The position numbers and the translations under genes were made by a program. Shown piece by piece: positions 1-9,466 of a DNA stretch of 32,000 bases. Numbering within the stretch: position 1 is the first letter of the stretch; the number at the start of each line of letters is the position of its first letter. This DNA comes from an uncultured Methanocorpusculum sp. (GTDB lineage: Archaea > Halobacteriota > Methanomicrobia > Methanomicrobiales > Methanocorpusculaceae), in the NCBI GenBank assembly GCA_963667985.1, contig OY764081.1, positions 1,367,599 to 1,399,598 on the forward strand. The letters run 5' to 3'. The notes beneath the pieces are model-generated. The model saw only the letters and a program-made list of their open reading frames with translations. It was not told the origin of the DNA and searched no databases.

Positions 1-522
1 TTTGATCCATCCGTCTGCAACGCATCCAAGGATCACGGTTCCAATACCCCGCACGTTGAAGTGGTGGTCGATCGGGACCGATCCGACTGCCCCTTCCTTT
101 GGCTCGATATCGGGCTGGTTTGCCGCACGTTCAAGAAGTTCGGCTGAAAGTCCGATGAAATCCTCTTCCATGATCTTGTAGGATTCAAGCACCGTTCCTT
201 TGGTCAAAGGCGCGATCTGATTGGGCTGGATATAATTTTTGAGAACGATCGTTCCGTTTTTGACACCTGCGCAGTCCAGCATCAGGATCCACTCGGCAAG
301 CATCGGCGTGATCTCCGAGACAACGACGATCGCCTCATGGGCCATAGAAACTGCATAGAACAGCGGAGCAAGTCTGTCCGGATATCTGGTCGGCTCCAGA
401 AATGTAACGGTATCGTGACCTTTTTTCAGATTGTAGAAGGTGATATCAGTACTGGTTCCTTTTTTCCCGAGATCACGGGCATATCCGTTAGGAGCCAGAA
501 CGGCGACGGTTAAGTTCGGCAT
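1..522 (-). CDS. Archaeal EF-1alpha/SelB-related (EF-Tu domain 2-like) protein, 3' part off the window edge
   Basis: Own translation of the minus strand from ATG at 522: MPNLTVAVLAPNGYARDLGKKGTSTDITFYNLKKGHDTVTFLEPTRYP...; open to the window edge. Family assignment from recall of methanogen homologs. Confidence 0.55.
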   Translation of the reverse strand, partial: MPNLTVAVLAPNGYARDLGKKGTSTDITFYNLKKGHDTVTFLEPTRYPDRLAPLFYAVSMAHEAIVVVSEITPMLAEWILMLDCAGVKNGTIVLKNYIQPNQIAPLTKGTVLESYKIMEEDFIGLSAELLERAANQPDIEPKEGAVGSVPIDHHFNVRGIGTVILGCVADGWIK

Positions 523-670
523 GGTTATACTCATTGGTGTTTTCGCATCATTATATTTATGGGTTTTATCCTCCGCATGCCCTTCTCACTCAGTACACTC
601 GACCCAAAAAAACCGAATTTCCGGTAAAAATCCCACAACATTTATCTCTTCATCATGCACATTATCAGAT

Positions 671-853
671 ATGAAAAATGTGAAAACGTCAGTTGATGGA
701 GATATTCTTACAATTAAGATCGATCTTTCCCAGGAAGTCGGACCGTCATCCTCAGGCAAGACCATCATCATTGGATCCACCATGGGAAACAAACCCATTG
801 ACCGCAAGCACCCCGATGTCCGTGTTGGTGTAAACGTTTATAAAAAGATCTAA
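671..853 (+). CDS. Conserved small hypothetical protein (60 aa)
   Basis: C-terminal part of ORF 440..853 starting at M in MKNVKTSVDGDILTIKIDLSQEVGPSSSGKTIIIGSTMGN; this compact segment looks conserved while the upstream extension is antisense to the neighbouring gene. Confidence 0.6.
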   Translation: MKNVKTSVDGDILTIKIDLSQEVGPSSSGKTIIIGSTMGNKPIDRKHPDVRVGVNVYKKI

Positions 854-916
854 GACGTTCTGATCAATTCTCTTTTCAATGATCCGTCTACGTCTGCGTG
901 TCTGTGAGGTAAATAT

Positions 917-1594
917 ATGCGGCCATATGTGATAATCAACGCAGCCATGAGCGCTGACGGAAAACTCGCCACCCGGGAAAGGAAACAGACCAAAATATCC
1001 GGTCATGATGACTTTTTGCGGGTGGACCGTCTTCGTGTCGATTCAGACGCGGTGATGGTGGGAATAGGCACCGTTCTTTCTGACGACCCCTCTCTTCGCC
1101 TCAAAAGCGAGGAGCATGCCGGGATGCGCAAAGCGAACGGAAAAGATCCGCATCCGATGCGGGTAGTTATCGACAGCACGGCAAAAATGCCCGCAGACGG
1201 CGACATGTTCAAAAAAGGACTGGGCCGCGTGGTTATTTTCGTCTCAGAAAAGGCTCCAAAGGAAAAATGCGACGCTCTAAGAGAAAAAGCGACCGTGATT
1301 TCTGCCGGCCGCGACACTGTCGATCTGGAAATAGTTTTGGATGAGCTTTCAAAACTCGGCGTCGAAAAACTCATGGTCGAAGGGGGATCGACCCTTTTGT
1401 GGTCCTTTATGAGCAGCGGTCTCTTCGATGAAATACGCATATACATCGGAGCGCTGATCATCGGCGGGAAAGATGCTCCGACCTTTGCCGACGGACAGGG
1501 GTTCACGAATCCCGACGATTTCACCCGTCTCACGCTCAAAGATATCGAGCGGATCGATGACGGTGTCCTGCTGACCTGGATAAAAAAAGCGTGA
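917..1594 (+). CDS. 2,5-diamino-6-(ribosylamino)-4(3H)-pyrimidinone 5'-phosphate reductase (RibD C-terminal family)
   Basis: 225 aa, MRPYVIINAAMSADGKLATRERKQTKISG...DAVMVGIGTVLSDDPSL...LGVEKLMVEGGSTLLWSFMSSGLFDEIRIYIGALIIGG; typical archaeal riboflavin/F420 pathway reductase signature. Confidence 0.9.
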   Translation: MRPYVIINAAMSADGKLATRERKQTKISGHDDFLRVDRLRVDSDAVMVGIGTVLSDDPSLRLKSEEHAGMRKANGKDPHPMRVVIDSTAKMPADGDMFKKGLGRVVIFVSEKAPKEKCDALREKATVISAGRDTVDLEIVLDELSKLGVEKLMVEGGSTLLWSFMSSGLFDEIRIYIGALIIGGKDAPTFADGQGFTNPDDFTRLTLKDIERIDDGVLLTWIKKA

Positions 1595-1597
1595 ATA

Positions 1598-3157
1598 TTA
1601 TTTTACCAGCCGCTTTTTTCTAAACAGCCTGTTGTACGTAACTGCAAATCTGTGGGCCTCGTCCCGTATCTCCTGAAGATACATATTTGCCTTTGTTTTT
1701 TTGCCGAACGGCAGCGGGAAGGGAACCCCTGATACGAATACTTCTTCTTCCGCTTTCGCAAGGGAGATCAGGGGGATGTCGGCATCCAGTTCGTCAAGGA
1801 TCCGCTTGGCTGACGAGAGCTGCCCTTTCCCTCCGTCGATCACGATCAGATCGGGCAGAGGTTTTTCCTCTTCGATCAGGCGGCTGTATCTTCGGCGGAC
1901 GACCTCGGCCATCGAAGCGAAGTCGTCTATTCCCTCGACCGTTTTAATTTTGAACCGCCGGTAGTTTCTCTTATCCGGTCTGCCGGCTCGAAACTGGACC
2001 ATGGAAGCGACCGTGTCCGTTCCCGAAAGGTGCGAGATATCGAAACACTCGATGACGTTTGGCGGTGTCTTGAGATGAAGGGCCGTCTGGAGTTCCATTA
2101 CTTTTATTTCGTCGCCGAAGTGGATCGTCTCGATATTTTTTCCCGCTAGTTCGAGCAGTTTTTTCTTAGCTCCCTGTTTCGGGACGGTGATTTTGACCAC
2201 ATGTCCTGCGAGATTTCCAAGATACGCGGCGAGCGCTTCGTCCAGCTCCTCTTCGACGATTATTTCTTTTGGAGCAGGGTTTTCGGTGTAGTATCGGGCG
2301 ACGAACTCTTCGAAAAAGCCGTCGGAGGCATCGAAAATAAACTCGTCCCTGCCGCCGAGTGTTCCTTTGTAGACATGGAAGACCATCAGATACACCGTTC
2401 CGTCAACAACGCGGTAGGCGATGACATCCTCGTCATGATCGGTTTTTCGGGCCACATACTGACGCGAAGAGAGATTTTCGACCGCGGTGATCATGTCCCG
2501 GCAGAGAAGGGCCGCTTCGAACTCCATGTCCTTTGAATACTCGGCCATCTCCTCTTCAAGTTTGGCAGTGATCTCCTTCGTGCTCCCTTTCAGCACGTCT
2601 GCGGCGTAGGAACACTGTTTTGCGTAATCAACGACGGTGACGTGTTCCCCGCACGGCCCGGTGCAGTTTCCTATATGATAGCGAAGGCAGGGTCTGTTCT
2701 TCGGCATATTTTTACAGGACCTGAGTCTGAAGGTTTTCTTCACGACTGAGAGCATATAGTCCCGCTCCTTTGCCGAGACGAACGGCCCGAAAAACTGCCC
2801 GTTCCCGCGGGTGTTTCTCGCAATGGTGATACGCGGATACGGCTCATTGGTGAGTTCGATGTATGCGTAGGATTTTGCGTCCTTGAGGTCGATGTTGTAC
2901 TTCGGTTGGTGATGTTTGATGAGCGTATTTTCCAGAAGATATGCCTCTTCATCGGTCGCAGTGATAATATATTCGACCGAACGAATCGCCGCCACCAGTT
3001 TTTTGGTTTTTGGATCATGATCCTTTTTCTGAAAATAGGATGAGACGCGTTTTCGGAGATCTTTTGCTTTTCCGACGTAGATAATTGTCCCTTCGCTGTT
3101 TTTGTATAAATAGCAGCCCGGCGAATGGGGTATGTCGGCAAGATCGAAGGGGGGCAT
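1598..3157 (-). CDS. uvrC: Excinuclease ABC subunit C
   Basis: 519 aa with GIY-YIG start (GCYLYKNSEGTIIYVGKAKDLRKRVSSYF) and UvrC catalytic region (CFDISHLSGTDTVASMVQF...LIVIDGGKGQL). Confidence 0.95.
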   Translation of the reverse strand: MPPFDLADIPHSPGCYLYKNSEGTIIYVGKAKDLRKRVSSYFQKKDHDPKTKKLVAAIRSVEYIITATDEEAYLLENTLIKHHQPKYNIDLKDAKSYAYIELTNEPYPRITIARNTRGNGQFFGPFVSAKERDYMLSVVKKTFRLRSCKNMPKNRPCLRYHIGNCTGPCGEHVTVVDYAKQCSYAADVLKGSTKEITAKLEEEMAEYSKDMEFEAALLCRDMITAVENLSSRQYVARKTDHDEDVIAYRVVDGTVYLMVFHVYKGTLGGRDEFIFDASDGFFEEFVARYYTENPAPKEIIVEEELDEALAAYLGNLAGHVVKITVPKQGAKKKLLELAGKNIETIHFGDEIKVMELQTALHLKTPPNVIECFDISHLSGTDTVASMVQFRAGRPDKRNYRRFKIKTVEGIDDFASMAEVVRRRYSRLIEEEKPLPDLIVIDGGKGQLSSAKRILDELDADIPLISLAKAEEEVFVSGVPFPLPFGKKTKANMYLQEIRDEAHRFAVTYNRLFRKKRLVK

Positions 3158-3200
3158 TTTCGGCAGGTTAATGTATGGGGGTGAATGTATCTTTAATCAT

Positions 3201-3428
3201 ATGGTCGTTCCTTGTTTAACCTGTCTGCATCTGGATTCTCATGAGTACACCTACGACAAAGAGCGGGATTTTTACAACTACCGCCTCACCTGCAAACAGG
3301 GTGTCGTTTTACCCGATCCCATGCCGAAGTCAGGATTCACCTGCGATAAATATGAAAACAAGCTCGCATCGATGCCGAGGATCAGAAGAAGTTCCTGTGC
3401 GATCGATGTCGAACCTGCAGAAAAATAA
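3201..3428 (+). CDS. Small cysteine-containing conserved hypothetical protein
   Basis: Likely start at ATG 3201: MVVPCLTCLHLDSHEYTYDKERDFYNYRLTCKQGVVLPDP...GFTCDKYE; CxxC plus two further Cys. The upstream part of ORF 3132..3428 overlaps uvrC. Confidence 0.55.
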   Translation: MVVPCLTCLHLDSHEYTYDKERDFYNYRLTCKQGVVLPDPMPKSGFTCDKYENKLASMPRIRRSSCAIDVEPAEK

Positions 3429-3446
3429 TTTTTTTTCTTTTTTTCT

Positions 3447-5177
3447 TTACAGCACGATCATGCAGACGACCATGATCAGCAGAAATGCCGTGGTCAGCAG
3501 TAGTGTTGAGAGGGGAAGCAGGTTTGTGACGATGGCATTCACCGTCGACGTCAACTGAACGATCCTCGACGGACCAAACACCTCGACCTCCTCGCACATG
3601 TTGGTGGTGGCGCCGCCAGACGCAGGCGAGAGATCTTCGACCGCTTTTAAGACCGCTTCCGAGACGTAAGGGATGATTTCGCTTGGCGAGACTGCATCGC
3701 CGATCGGGTTTCTGCCGGAGACCGAGTTCACCACATGCGAATCGGTGGTCAGGATCTCGACCTCATCAATCCCGAGTCCGAGAACCGCGTTCTGCAGGAT
3801 CTCTCTGACACCGATCTGCACGTTGTTCCCGTCAAACAGGACATAGGCCGTTTTTATTCCGGCGACCTCGGTCACCATCGCGATGATTCCCATGTCGGCG
3901 AATCCTTCGCCTCGTCCAAAAGGCGGGATGACCTGTGCGGCTCCAACGGAGAAAGGCAGCATCTCGGCATCCAGCATATTGTTCATCGCCTCGTCCGCTC
4001 CGGAGATGAACTCGTTTCCGGTTTTTGTCGAGGGGTAGATAATGTTGGTGACCGCTGTCATACAGTTGTGGGCATCAACGAATCCGATGTTCTCGTATCT
4101 CCCTTTACTCTCTCCCATGACGATCCGGCCGATCGAGTAGTCCATGTCCTCCGTCATCTCGGGAGACCGTGTTGTGATCATCAGAAGAGAGTCACCGAAT
4201 CTCTGCGAGAGGATCGAGACCGTGCCAAAACTCGTTCTCACCGGGCGGCTTGCAAGTCCCGTATATTTGACCGAATCCAGACTTTCGCGGATCGCTTTTG
4301 TGATGCTTTTAGTCTCCCGGTTGGAGATCAGGTTCAGATCATGACTTGCGCATCCGTGGGATACGAGAACGACCGCATCGTCGGCAAACACGTCGTGCAG
4401 GATCTTCGGGAAATTACTGCCGCCGATCTCTGCCATCGGACCCGGGTGCAGGTTCGGGATGATGAACCAGACATCGGGTTTGCCTGCACGCTTGAAGAAG
4501 AACGTCGTTTCAGGGACCGAGACATACTCGCTGATGTGATGGAAATACTCTTCCATGTCGTTCGATCCGTTCGTCAGATGGGCAAGGAACGCATTGACGA
4601 AGTGCATTGCACCGACCCCGCTCGTCCTTTTCATCGGCAGATCAAACAGCAGTAAAAATACGATGACTCCGACCGAGAATACCGCGATCGAAACGACGAC
4701 CGGAATGATGAATCCTGGGCCGAAGTACCAGACACCGACGACTGCTCCGGCAAACGTCTGGATGGCGGCCGGCGCATACATCCGCCCGAACCGGTAGTCG
4801 GCGACTGCTGCGAGAACCACCAGTCTGATCGCGAGGATGAACCCGACGCCAAAGACATAGGCAAATCCTACGCCAAGGAACAGAGCGGTGACCATCCATA
4901 GAAGCATAAACACTTCAGACGCGAGTGCCAGAAGGCTGGACCGGTTCCAGGTGAATTCCTGCCGGGCGGTCGCACTTACGAATGGTTTGGTGAGAATCAG
5001 GGCAACGACGCCCGGGATCGAGAAGGCAAATCCGAACCACCAGATCTTGCCGGTGAAGAGGAACCCTACCCCGTCGGCGATTAGGCCGAGCAGGATTATC
5101 AATCCAAGAGATACTCCCCATTTCGGAGCGTCGAAGAGATATTTGGTCAATGACTCGGTTTTTACTTCGCGTTTCAT
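3447..5177 (-). CDS. DUF2070 family membrane protein
   Basis: 576 aa; N-terminal multi-TM region followed by a soluble domain with PGPMAEIGGSNFPKILHD, typical of archaeal DUF2070, and a C-terminal TM helix. Confidence 0.85.
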   Translation of the reverse strand: MKREVKTESLTKYLFDAPKWGVSLGLIILLGLIADGVGFLFTGKIWWFGFAFSIPGVVALILTKPFVSATARQEFTWNRSSLLALASEVFMLLWMVTALFLGVGFAYVFGVGFILAIRLVVLAAVADYRFGRMYAPAAIQTFAGAVVGVWYFGPGFIIPVVVSIAVFSVGVIVFLLLFDLPMKRTSGVGAMHFVNAFLAHLTNGSNDMEEYFHHISEYVSVPETTFFFKRAGKPDVWFIIPNLHPGPMAEIGGSNFPKILHDVFADDAVVLVSHGCASHDLNLISNRETKSITKAIRESLDSVKYTGLASRPVRTSFGTVSILSQRFGDSLLMITTRSPEMTEDMDYSIGRIVMGESKGRYENIGFVDAHNCMTAVTNIIYPSTKTGNEFISGADEAMNNMLDAEMLPFSVGAAQVIPPFGRGEGFADMGIIAMVTEVAGIKTAYVLFDGNNVQIGVREILQNAVLGLGIDEVEILTTDSHVVNSVSGRNPIGDAVSPSEIIPYVSEAVLKAVEDLSPASGGATTNMCEEVEVFGPSRIVQLTSTVNAIVTNLLPLSTLLLTTAFLLIMVVCMIVL

Positions 5178-5178
5178 G

Positions 5179-5835
5179 TTACCAGAACCTGTCGATCATG
5201 ACTTCGCCACGAAGGCCTTGATAGCTGAACTTCAGCTCAGAACAGTGTATCGGCTCTGAAAAGCAGGGCGCATTCAGCACGAGCGATTCATACTCCCCGC
5301 CCTCTCCGGCGAGATGGATCCGTCTGGATTTATGGACGGAAAGCAGGACGTCGATCAGTTTTTCATCGATCTTTTTCCCGAGCACGTTGTCGCCGAGCCC
5401 GTCAGCGGCGCAGACGACGATTACGGCATCGAGACGGGAAACCACCTCATGCATAAGGGTGAGAGGATCCATTTTCCAGAGCGGAGCAAAAAGTTTCAGG
5501 CCGAGCCGGTCACAGACCGCGGCGACTCTCGACCTCTGATACTCGGACTCGATCGCCCCGACAATGATCCCCTCGACGCCGAGAGTTACAAGACCCTTTT
5601 CGAGGTCTTCGACCTCCTGTTCCTTCACGCCTTTCGATTTGATTTCCACATACTCGGCCCCGCAGCGTTTCGCCATTACGGAGACCGCCTTGAGATTTGC
5701 CGAGTGGAACATGTACGACTCGGTATTTTCCGGTACGACCGTGACCAGATGCGTGACCTGCATGCCGGCGTCGATCGCTTTTTGTACCGCAAGGATCGAG
5801 TCCTTTCCTCCCGAAGTCAGTGCTACCCAGCTCAT
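5179..5835 (-). CDS. Diphthine--ammonia ligase family (Dph6-like ATP pyrophosphatase)
   Basis: 218 aa; PP-loop SGGKDS at the N-terminus, IEIKSKGVKEQE-like and GIIVGAIESEYQRSRVAAVCDRLGLKLFAPLW motifs. Confidence 0.85.
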   Translation of the reverse strand: MSWVALTSGGKDSILAVQKAIDAGMQVTHLVTVVPENTESYMFHSANLKAVSVMAKRCGAEYVEIKSKGVKEQEVEDLEKGLVTLGVEGIIVGAIESEYQRSRVAAVCDRLGLKLFAPLWKMDPLTLMHEVVSRLDAVIVVCAADGLGDNVLGKKIDEKLIDVLLSVHKSRRIHLAGEGGEYESLVLNAPCFSEPIHCSELKFSYQGLRGEVMIDRFW

Positions 5836-6734
5836 TACGGCTCCAGTTTACCAAATGCGGTTTTGTAGCGCTTTGCCATCCGTTCCCAGTCGGGAAGGTT
5901 GGTTTGCGTCCCGATCATTTCCACAGCGAACGACGAGGTGACCGCCCCGATCTTTGCGCAGGTGACCGGGTCATATCCCTTTTTCCATGCGGTGAAAAAT
6001 CCTGCCCGGTATGCATCTCCCGCACCGGTCGGATCCTTTGCTTCGACAAAAACCGCAGGTATCTGTTCGGTTTTTCCGTCGAAGTAGAGACTGCTGCCTG
6101 CTTTTCCATGGGTGATGATGGTAAACGGTACCGAGTCGAGAATGTCTTTTTCGCTGCAGGAAAGGGTCTCTTTTATGATATCTATCTCATAATTGTTGCA
6201 GATGAGCATGTCGATCTCTCCAAGCAGGGTCGTAAGATCGTCGGCGGTATAGTATTTTACGTCCTGGCCCGGATCGAGCGAGGCAAACTCCGCCTTTTTT
6301 GCGATATTGATATTAAAGGCGGCGTCTCCTGTCGCCATATGGACAAACTCGCATTTCGGAGGGGTTGACCGGGCGAACGCCTCGCCGGCACCCCACTCGA
6401 AGTAGGTCACCTGATCTCCCGCGGCATTGTTCACCATGAACGCAGTCGAACTGTTTTTTTCACTTTTGAACACCGTCGTTTTCACGCCGAGTTCGTCCAG
6501 ATATTTTTCATATTCGCTGCCCGGGAAATCACACCCGACCGCACAGATGAGTTCGGCCTGACCGCCGAGTCTGGCGATGTCGGCTGCGATGTTTGCCGCC
6601 CCGCCACCGAAGTATATTCGGCGTTCCGAGACCCGCCGCGATTCGCCGATCGGCGGATACTCGTCTACGGTGATGATGTAATCTACGCAGAGATGACCGG
6701 AAATCGAGATAGTGTCACTCGGCAACTTCATCAC
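5835..6734 (-). CDS. PfkB family carbohydrate kinase
   Basis: 299 aa; GGGAANIAADIARLGG and C-terminal DPTGAGDAYRAGFF signatures. Start overlaps the preceding gene. Confidence 0.9.
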   Translation of the reverse strand: MMKLPSDTISISGHLCVDYIITVDEYPPIGESRRVSERRIYFGGGAANIAADIARLGGQAELICAVGCDFPGSEYEKYLDELGVKTTVFKSEKNSSTAFMVNNAAGDQVTYFEWGAGEAFARSTPPKCEFVHMATGDAAFNINIAKKAEFASLDPGQDVKYYTADDLTTLLGEIDMLICNNYEIDIIKETLSCSEKDILDSVPFTIITHGKAGSSLYFDGKTEQIPAVFVEAKDPTGAGDAYRAGFFTAWKKGYDPVTCAKIGAVTSSFAVEMIGTQTNLPDWERMAKRYKTAFGKLEP

Positions 6735-7080
6735 CTTCGATCAGTTCTACCGAATAGGTCGAAAGAGACACGTCACGCAGTGCTCTGCCAATCACTGATT
6801 TGGCAATGTGCACTGCGCGCTCGGAGTTTTCGGCTTTGAAGACCTTCATGGAAAGAAGAAGGCCAACGAGGCCCGTTCTTGCGATCACCAGAGCAGTATT
6901 GATCTCTTTTCCGCAGTATGGACAGGGCATGTTCATCACGTCCACGTCAACAAATTTTGCTGACGGGTGAAGACGTTTTCCTGCTTCACTCACGGCTATA
7001 CCAATGGCATCCTGAACGGACTCAACATCCTTAACCGTCCATCCTGCCTCCAGCGTCACTCGATAATCCGACATTTTCAA
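6715..7080 (-). CDS. UPF0212 / DUF555 family protein
   Basis: 121 aa; MSDYRVTLEAGWTVKDVESVQDAIGIAVSEAGKRL...VDVDVMNMPCPYCG matches the archaeal family. Confidence 0.85.
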   Translation of the reverse strand: MKMSDYRVTLEAGWTVKDVESVQDAIGIAVSEAGKRLHPSAKFVDVDVMNMPCPYCGKEINTALVIARTGLVGLLLSMKVFKAENSERAVHIAKSVIGRALRDVSLSTYSVELIEGDEVAE

Positions 7081-7147
7081 CTCGTTGTCTATACATTATC
7101 GCTTTGAGATAATGGAATTTACGGGTTGACGGAGTTTTGAAATGTGT

Positions 7148-7202
7148 TCTGATTTCATCTGCCGGGTTTTAAGCTGAGGTGCTTCGGCAGCTGAAAATCA
7201 GA
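7148..7202. repeat. Imperfect inverted repeat (stem-loop), possible 3' end signal of the DGC gene
   Basis: TCTGATTTCATCTGCCG (7148-7164) and CGGCAGCTGAAAATCAGA (7185-7202) pair with one bulge and one mismatch; flanked by an A-run at 7203 that reads as a T-tract on the minus strand. Confidence 0.5.
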
Positions 7203-7249
7203 AAAAAAGGTTGAGACATTCAAAAAAGTATTGTGTATTATTGAGACGA

Positions 7250-7591
7250 TCAGCGCTTTATCTGCAGAACGCTGTTTATGACCGTCTCGATCTCGGCGAA
7301 CTGCACGTCGGCCATGCCGTTTTTCGTGATCCCGATCTCGGTTGCGACCACATGATGGTCAGGCCTGAATCCGGCTTCGGCAAGCTTTTTTTCCGCACAG
7401 CAGTCCGTGCATCCGTCGAGCACGATCACTTCGTCCGCATCTTCCATTTCATCGGCAAGCGTTTCCGGGCCCTGCTGGGCACGGACCCACACATAACCGC
7501 CGGGTCTTCTCTGCAGGAGAGCGAGGGCGGCCTGTGTGGTCAGTTTGCCGGTGTTTGAAATCCCGGAACAGGTAATCAATGTAATCGGCAC
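7250..7591 (-). CDS. DGC-domain putative zinc-binding protein
   Basis: 113 aa: CSGISNTGKLTTQAA...VIVLDGCTDCCAEKKLAEAGF...ATEIGITK. Confidence 0.75.
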   Translation of the reverse strand: MPITLITCSGISNTGKLTTQAALALLQRRPGGYVWVRAQQGPETLADEMEDADEVIVLDGCTDCCAEKKLAEAGFRPDHHVVATEIGITKNGMADVQFAEIETVINSVLQIKR

Positions 7592-7607
7592 GCTCGACCC
7601 CGTCCGT

Positions 7608-8068
7608 TCAATCGCAGGATCCGCCGCATCCGCAGCCGCACGTGGATTTTTTATTGGCCGAGTCTGTTTTCACCGGCTCGCTCTTCCGTCCCTCTCCTGC
7701 CCAGCAGGCGGCAACGATCTTCTCGATATCATCTTCCGTGTAGGATTTTGACGGCCCTTTTTTGATTCCAAGTTCCGTCACAATAATATTTTGTCCGACA
7801 GGAACGTCATGCCCCTCAGCAATCTTTGCTGCACAGGACATAGGACAGCCGTCAAGGACGACTACTTCCTCGGCATTCTTTGCAGATTTTACCAGTCCTT
7901 CACTACCTGTTGCAAGAAGCGCTGTGCAGACTATCTTCCCGTAGCCCTCTTCCGTGAGCTGAATCGCTGCGAGGTTTGTGATCTGACCGGCGTTTGACTA
8001 CCGGCACACGGAAAGATAAGTCGTTGTGTTTCGTTCTGCCCGCATGAGCAGGTTGGTTGTTCCGTCAT
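7608..8068 (-). pseudogene. DGC-domain putative zinc-binding protein, interrupted by a 1-nt frameshift near 8000
   Basis: Frame 1 from ATG 8068: MTEQPTCSCGQNETQRLIFPCAG; frame 2 continues SNAGQITNLAAIQLTEEGYGKIVCTALLATGSEGLVKSAKNAEEVVVLDGCPMSCAAKIAEGHDVPVGQNIIVTELGIKKG...CGCGCGGSCD. Adding one base between GGT and AG at about 7998-8000 restores one ORF. Confidence 0.75.
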
Positions 8069-8075
8069 GATTTTT

Positions 8076-8312
8076 TCACTCCGATAATAATGCTTTGATC
8101 TCTTTTACATCCGGGACCCGGCCCTCGGCCACGATCTCGTCATTGATGATTAATGCCGGCGTCATCATCACGCCACGTTCGGAGATCTGGTAGAGCGTCT
8201 CGATCTTGACCAGATCGACCGCGATATTCAGTTCTTTAATTGCCTGTTCGGTGTTGGCGAAAAGCCGTTTGCATTTCGTACACCTGGTTCCAAGTACTTC
8301 GATTGTTGTCAT
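8076..8312 (-). CDS. Small thioredoxin-fold protein (TM0996/MTH895-like)
   Basis: 78 aa; MTTIEVLGTRCTKCKRLFANTEQAI...ISERGVMMTPALIINDEIVAEGRVPD. Confidence 0.85.
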   Translation of the reverse strand: MTTIEVLGTRCTKCKRLFANTEQAIKELNIAVDLVKIETLYQISERGVMMTPALIINDEIVAEGRVPDVKEIKALLSE

Positions 8313-8368
8313 GATAGCTCCAATGGATATTCAACTTTTTTTGTATTAGATGTTTGTGATCGGGAAAC

Positions 8369-9442
8369 CTACGGGAAGAATATCCCAAACAGGAATCCTG
8401 CGATCGTCGCAAAACCGACCACGAGGGCGGTATATACGAGGGTTTTCTTCGCGCCGATCAGCCGGTAGATAACCAGCAGGCTCGGCAGACTGATCGTCGG
8501 CCCGGTCAGAAGCAGGGAAAGGGCAGGGCCTTTTGCCATGGCTCCGGACAGGTATCCGAGCGTTGTTCCAATCACCGGCACTTCCAAAAGCGTCGGGATG
8601 TACAGGATCATTCCCACCACGGACGCTAAAAACGTCGAGGCAAGCGAGGTCTCGCCGAAGTACGGACTGAAGAACTCTGCCGGCAGGAAGAACGAAAGAA
8701 CACCGAGCGCGAACGTACCAATGATCAGGATCGGGAAGATCTTCTTGGTCAGATCCCAGATCTCCATTCCCCAGTCGGTGACCTCGTCTCTGGTGAAGTA
8801 GTAGATCAGCAGAAGGGCGATCCCGATCGAAAGGGCATACACGATACCCAGACGGATGAAGGCATCAAGGGCCGATGTCCCGACCAGAAGGATCGCAACG
8901 AGCATGACGAAGAAGAGCGGGACCACCCATTTGAGGCGGGTCGCCTCCTGGGCCATGACGGCTTTTCGTGCGGCGCCGAAGGTTTTCTTCGTCTCGGCGT
9001 CGTGGGCGGGAAACAGTTTCATCATGATCAGACCGATCAGGATCGATATGCCGACCGCGGCAACCGCCCGGGCGACGCCGATATCCAGACCGAGAACCTG
9101 CGCCGTATAGACGATCGCCAGAATGTTGATCGCCGGTCCTGCAACCAGGAACGTTATTGCCGGGCCAAGCCCGCTTCCTTTTTTCAGGATGCCGGCAAAC
9201 ATCGGCAGGATCGTGCAGCTGCAGACGGCAAGCACCGTGCCCGATACGGACGCGATCCCGTAGGATACCGTTTTTTTCGTTTCAGGGCTGAAATATTTCA
9301 GAATGGCATCTTTTTTCACGAAGGTTGCGATCGCGCCGGCGATGAAAAACGCCGGAACGAGGCACGTAATAACGTGCTGTGAAAGATAGCCGATCAGAGT
9401 GTCCCATCCGAGAAGGAGCGAACCGAGTATTATGTCAATCAT
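8369..9442 (-). CDS. Permease (DUF318/UPF0718 family)
   Basis: 357 aa multi-TM; VSGTVLAVCSCTILPMFAGILKKGSGLGPAITFLVAGPAINI. Confidence 0.85.
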   Translation of the reverse strand: MIDIILGSLLLGWDTLIGYLSQHVITCLVPAFFIAGAIATFVKKDAILKYFSPETKKTVSYGIASVSGTVLAVCSCTILPMFAGILKKGSGLGPAITFLVAGPAINILAIVYTAQVLGLDIGVARAVAAVGISILIGLIMMKLFPAHDAETKKTFGAARKAVMAQEATRLKWVVPLFFVMLVAILLVGTSALDAFIRLGIVYALSIGIALLLIYYFTRDEVTDWGMEIWDLTKKIFPILIIGTFALGVLSFFLPAEFFSPYFGETSLASTFLASVVGMILYIPTLLEVPVIGTTLGYLSGAMAKGPALSLLLTGPTISLPSLLVIYRLIGAKKTLVYTALVVGFATIAGFLFGIFFP

Positions 9443-9466
9443 CGTTTCTTAACCTCATGGATCATC

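Noticed and set aside
440-670. N-terminal extension of the 137-aa ORF
   Set aside because: Overlaps the start of the minus-strand gene ending at 522 and has no recognisable protein character; the conserved-looking part begins at 671.
3735-4655. 306-aa plus-strand ORF
   Set aside because: Antisense to the DUF2070 gene; no recognisable domain.
7998-8000. TAG at the DGC frameshift as pyrrolysine or recoding signal
   Set aside because: In the frame containing TAG the preceding residues (V-C-R) lose the conserved PCAG motif, so a 1-nt indel explains the sequence better than readthrough.
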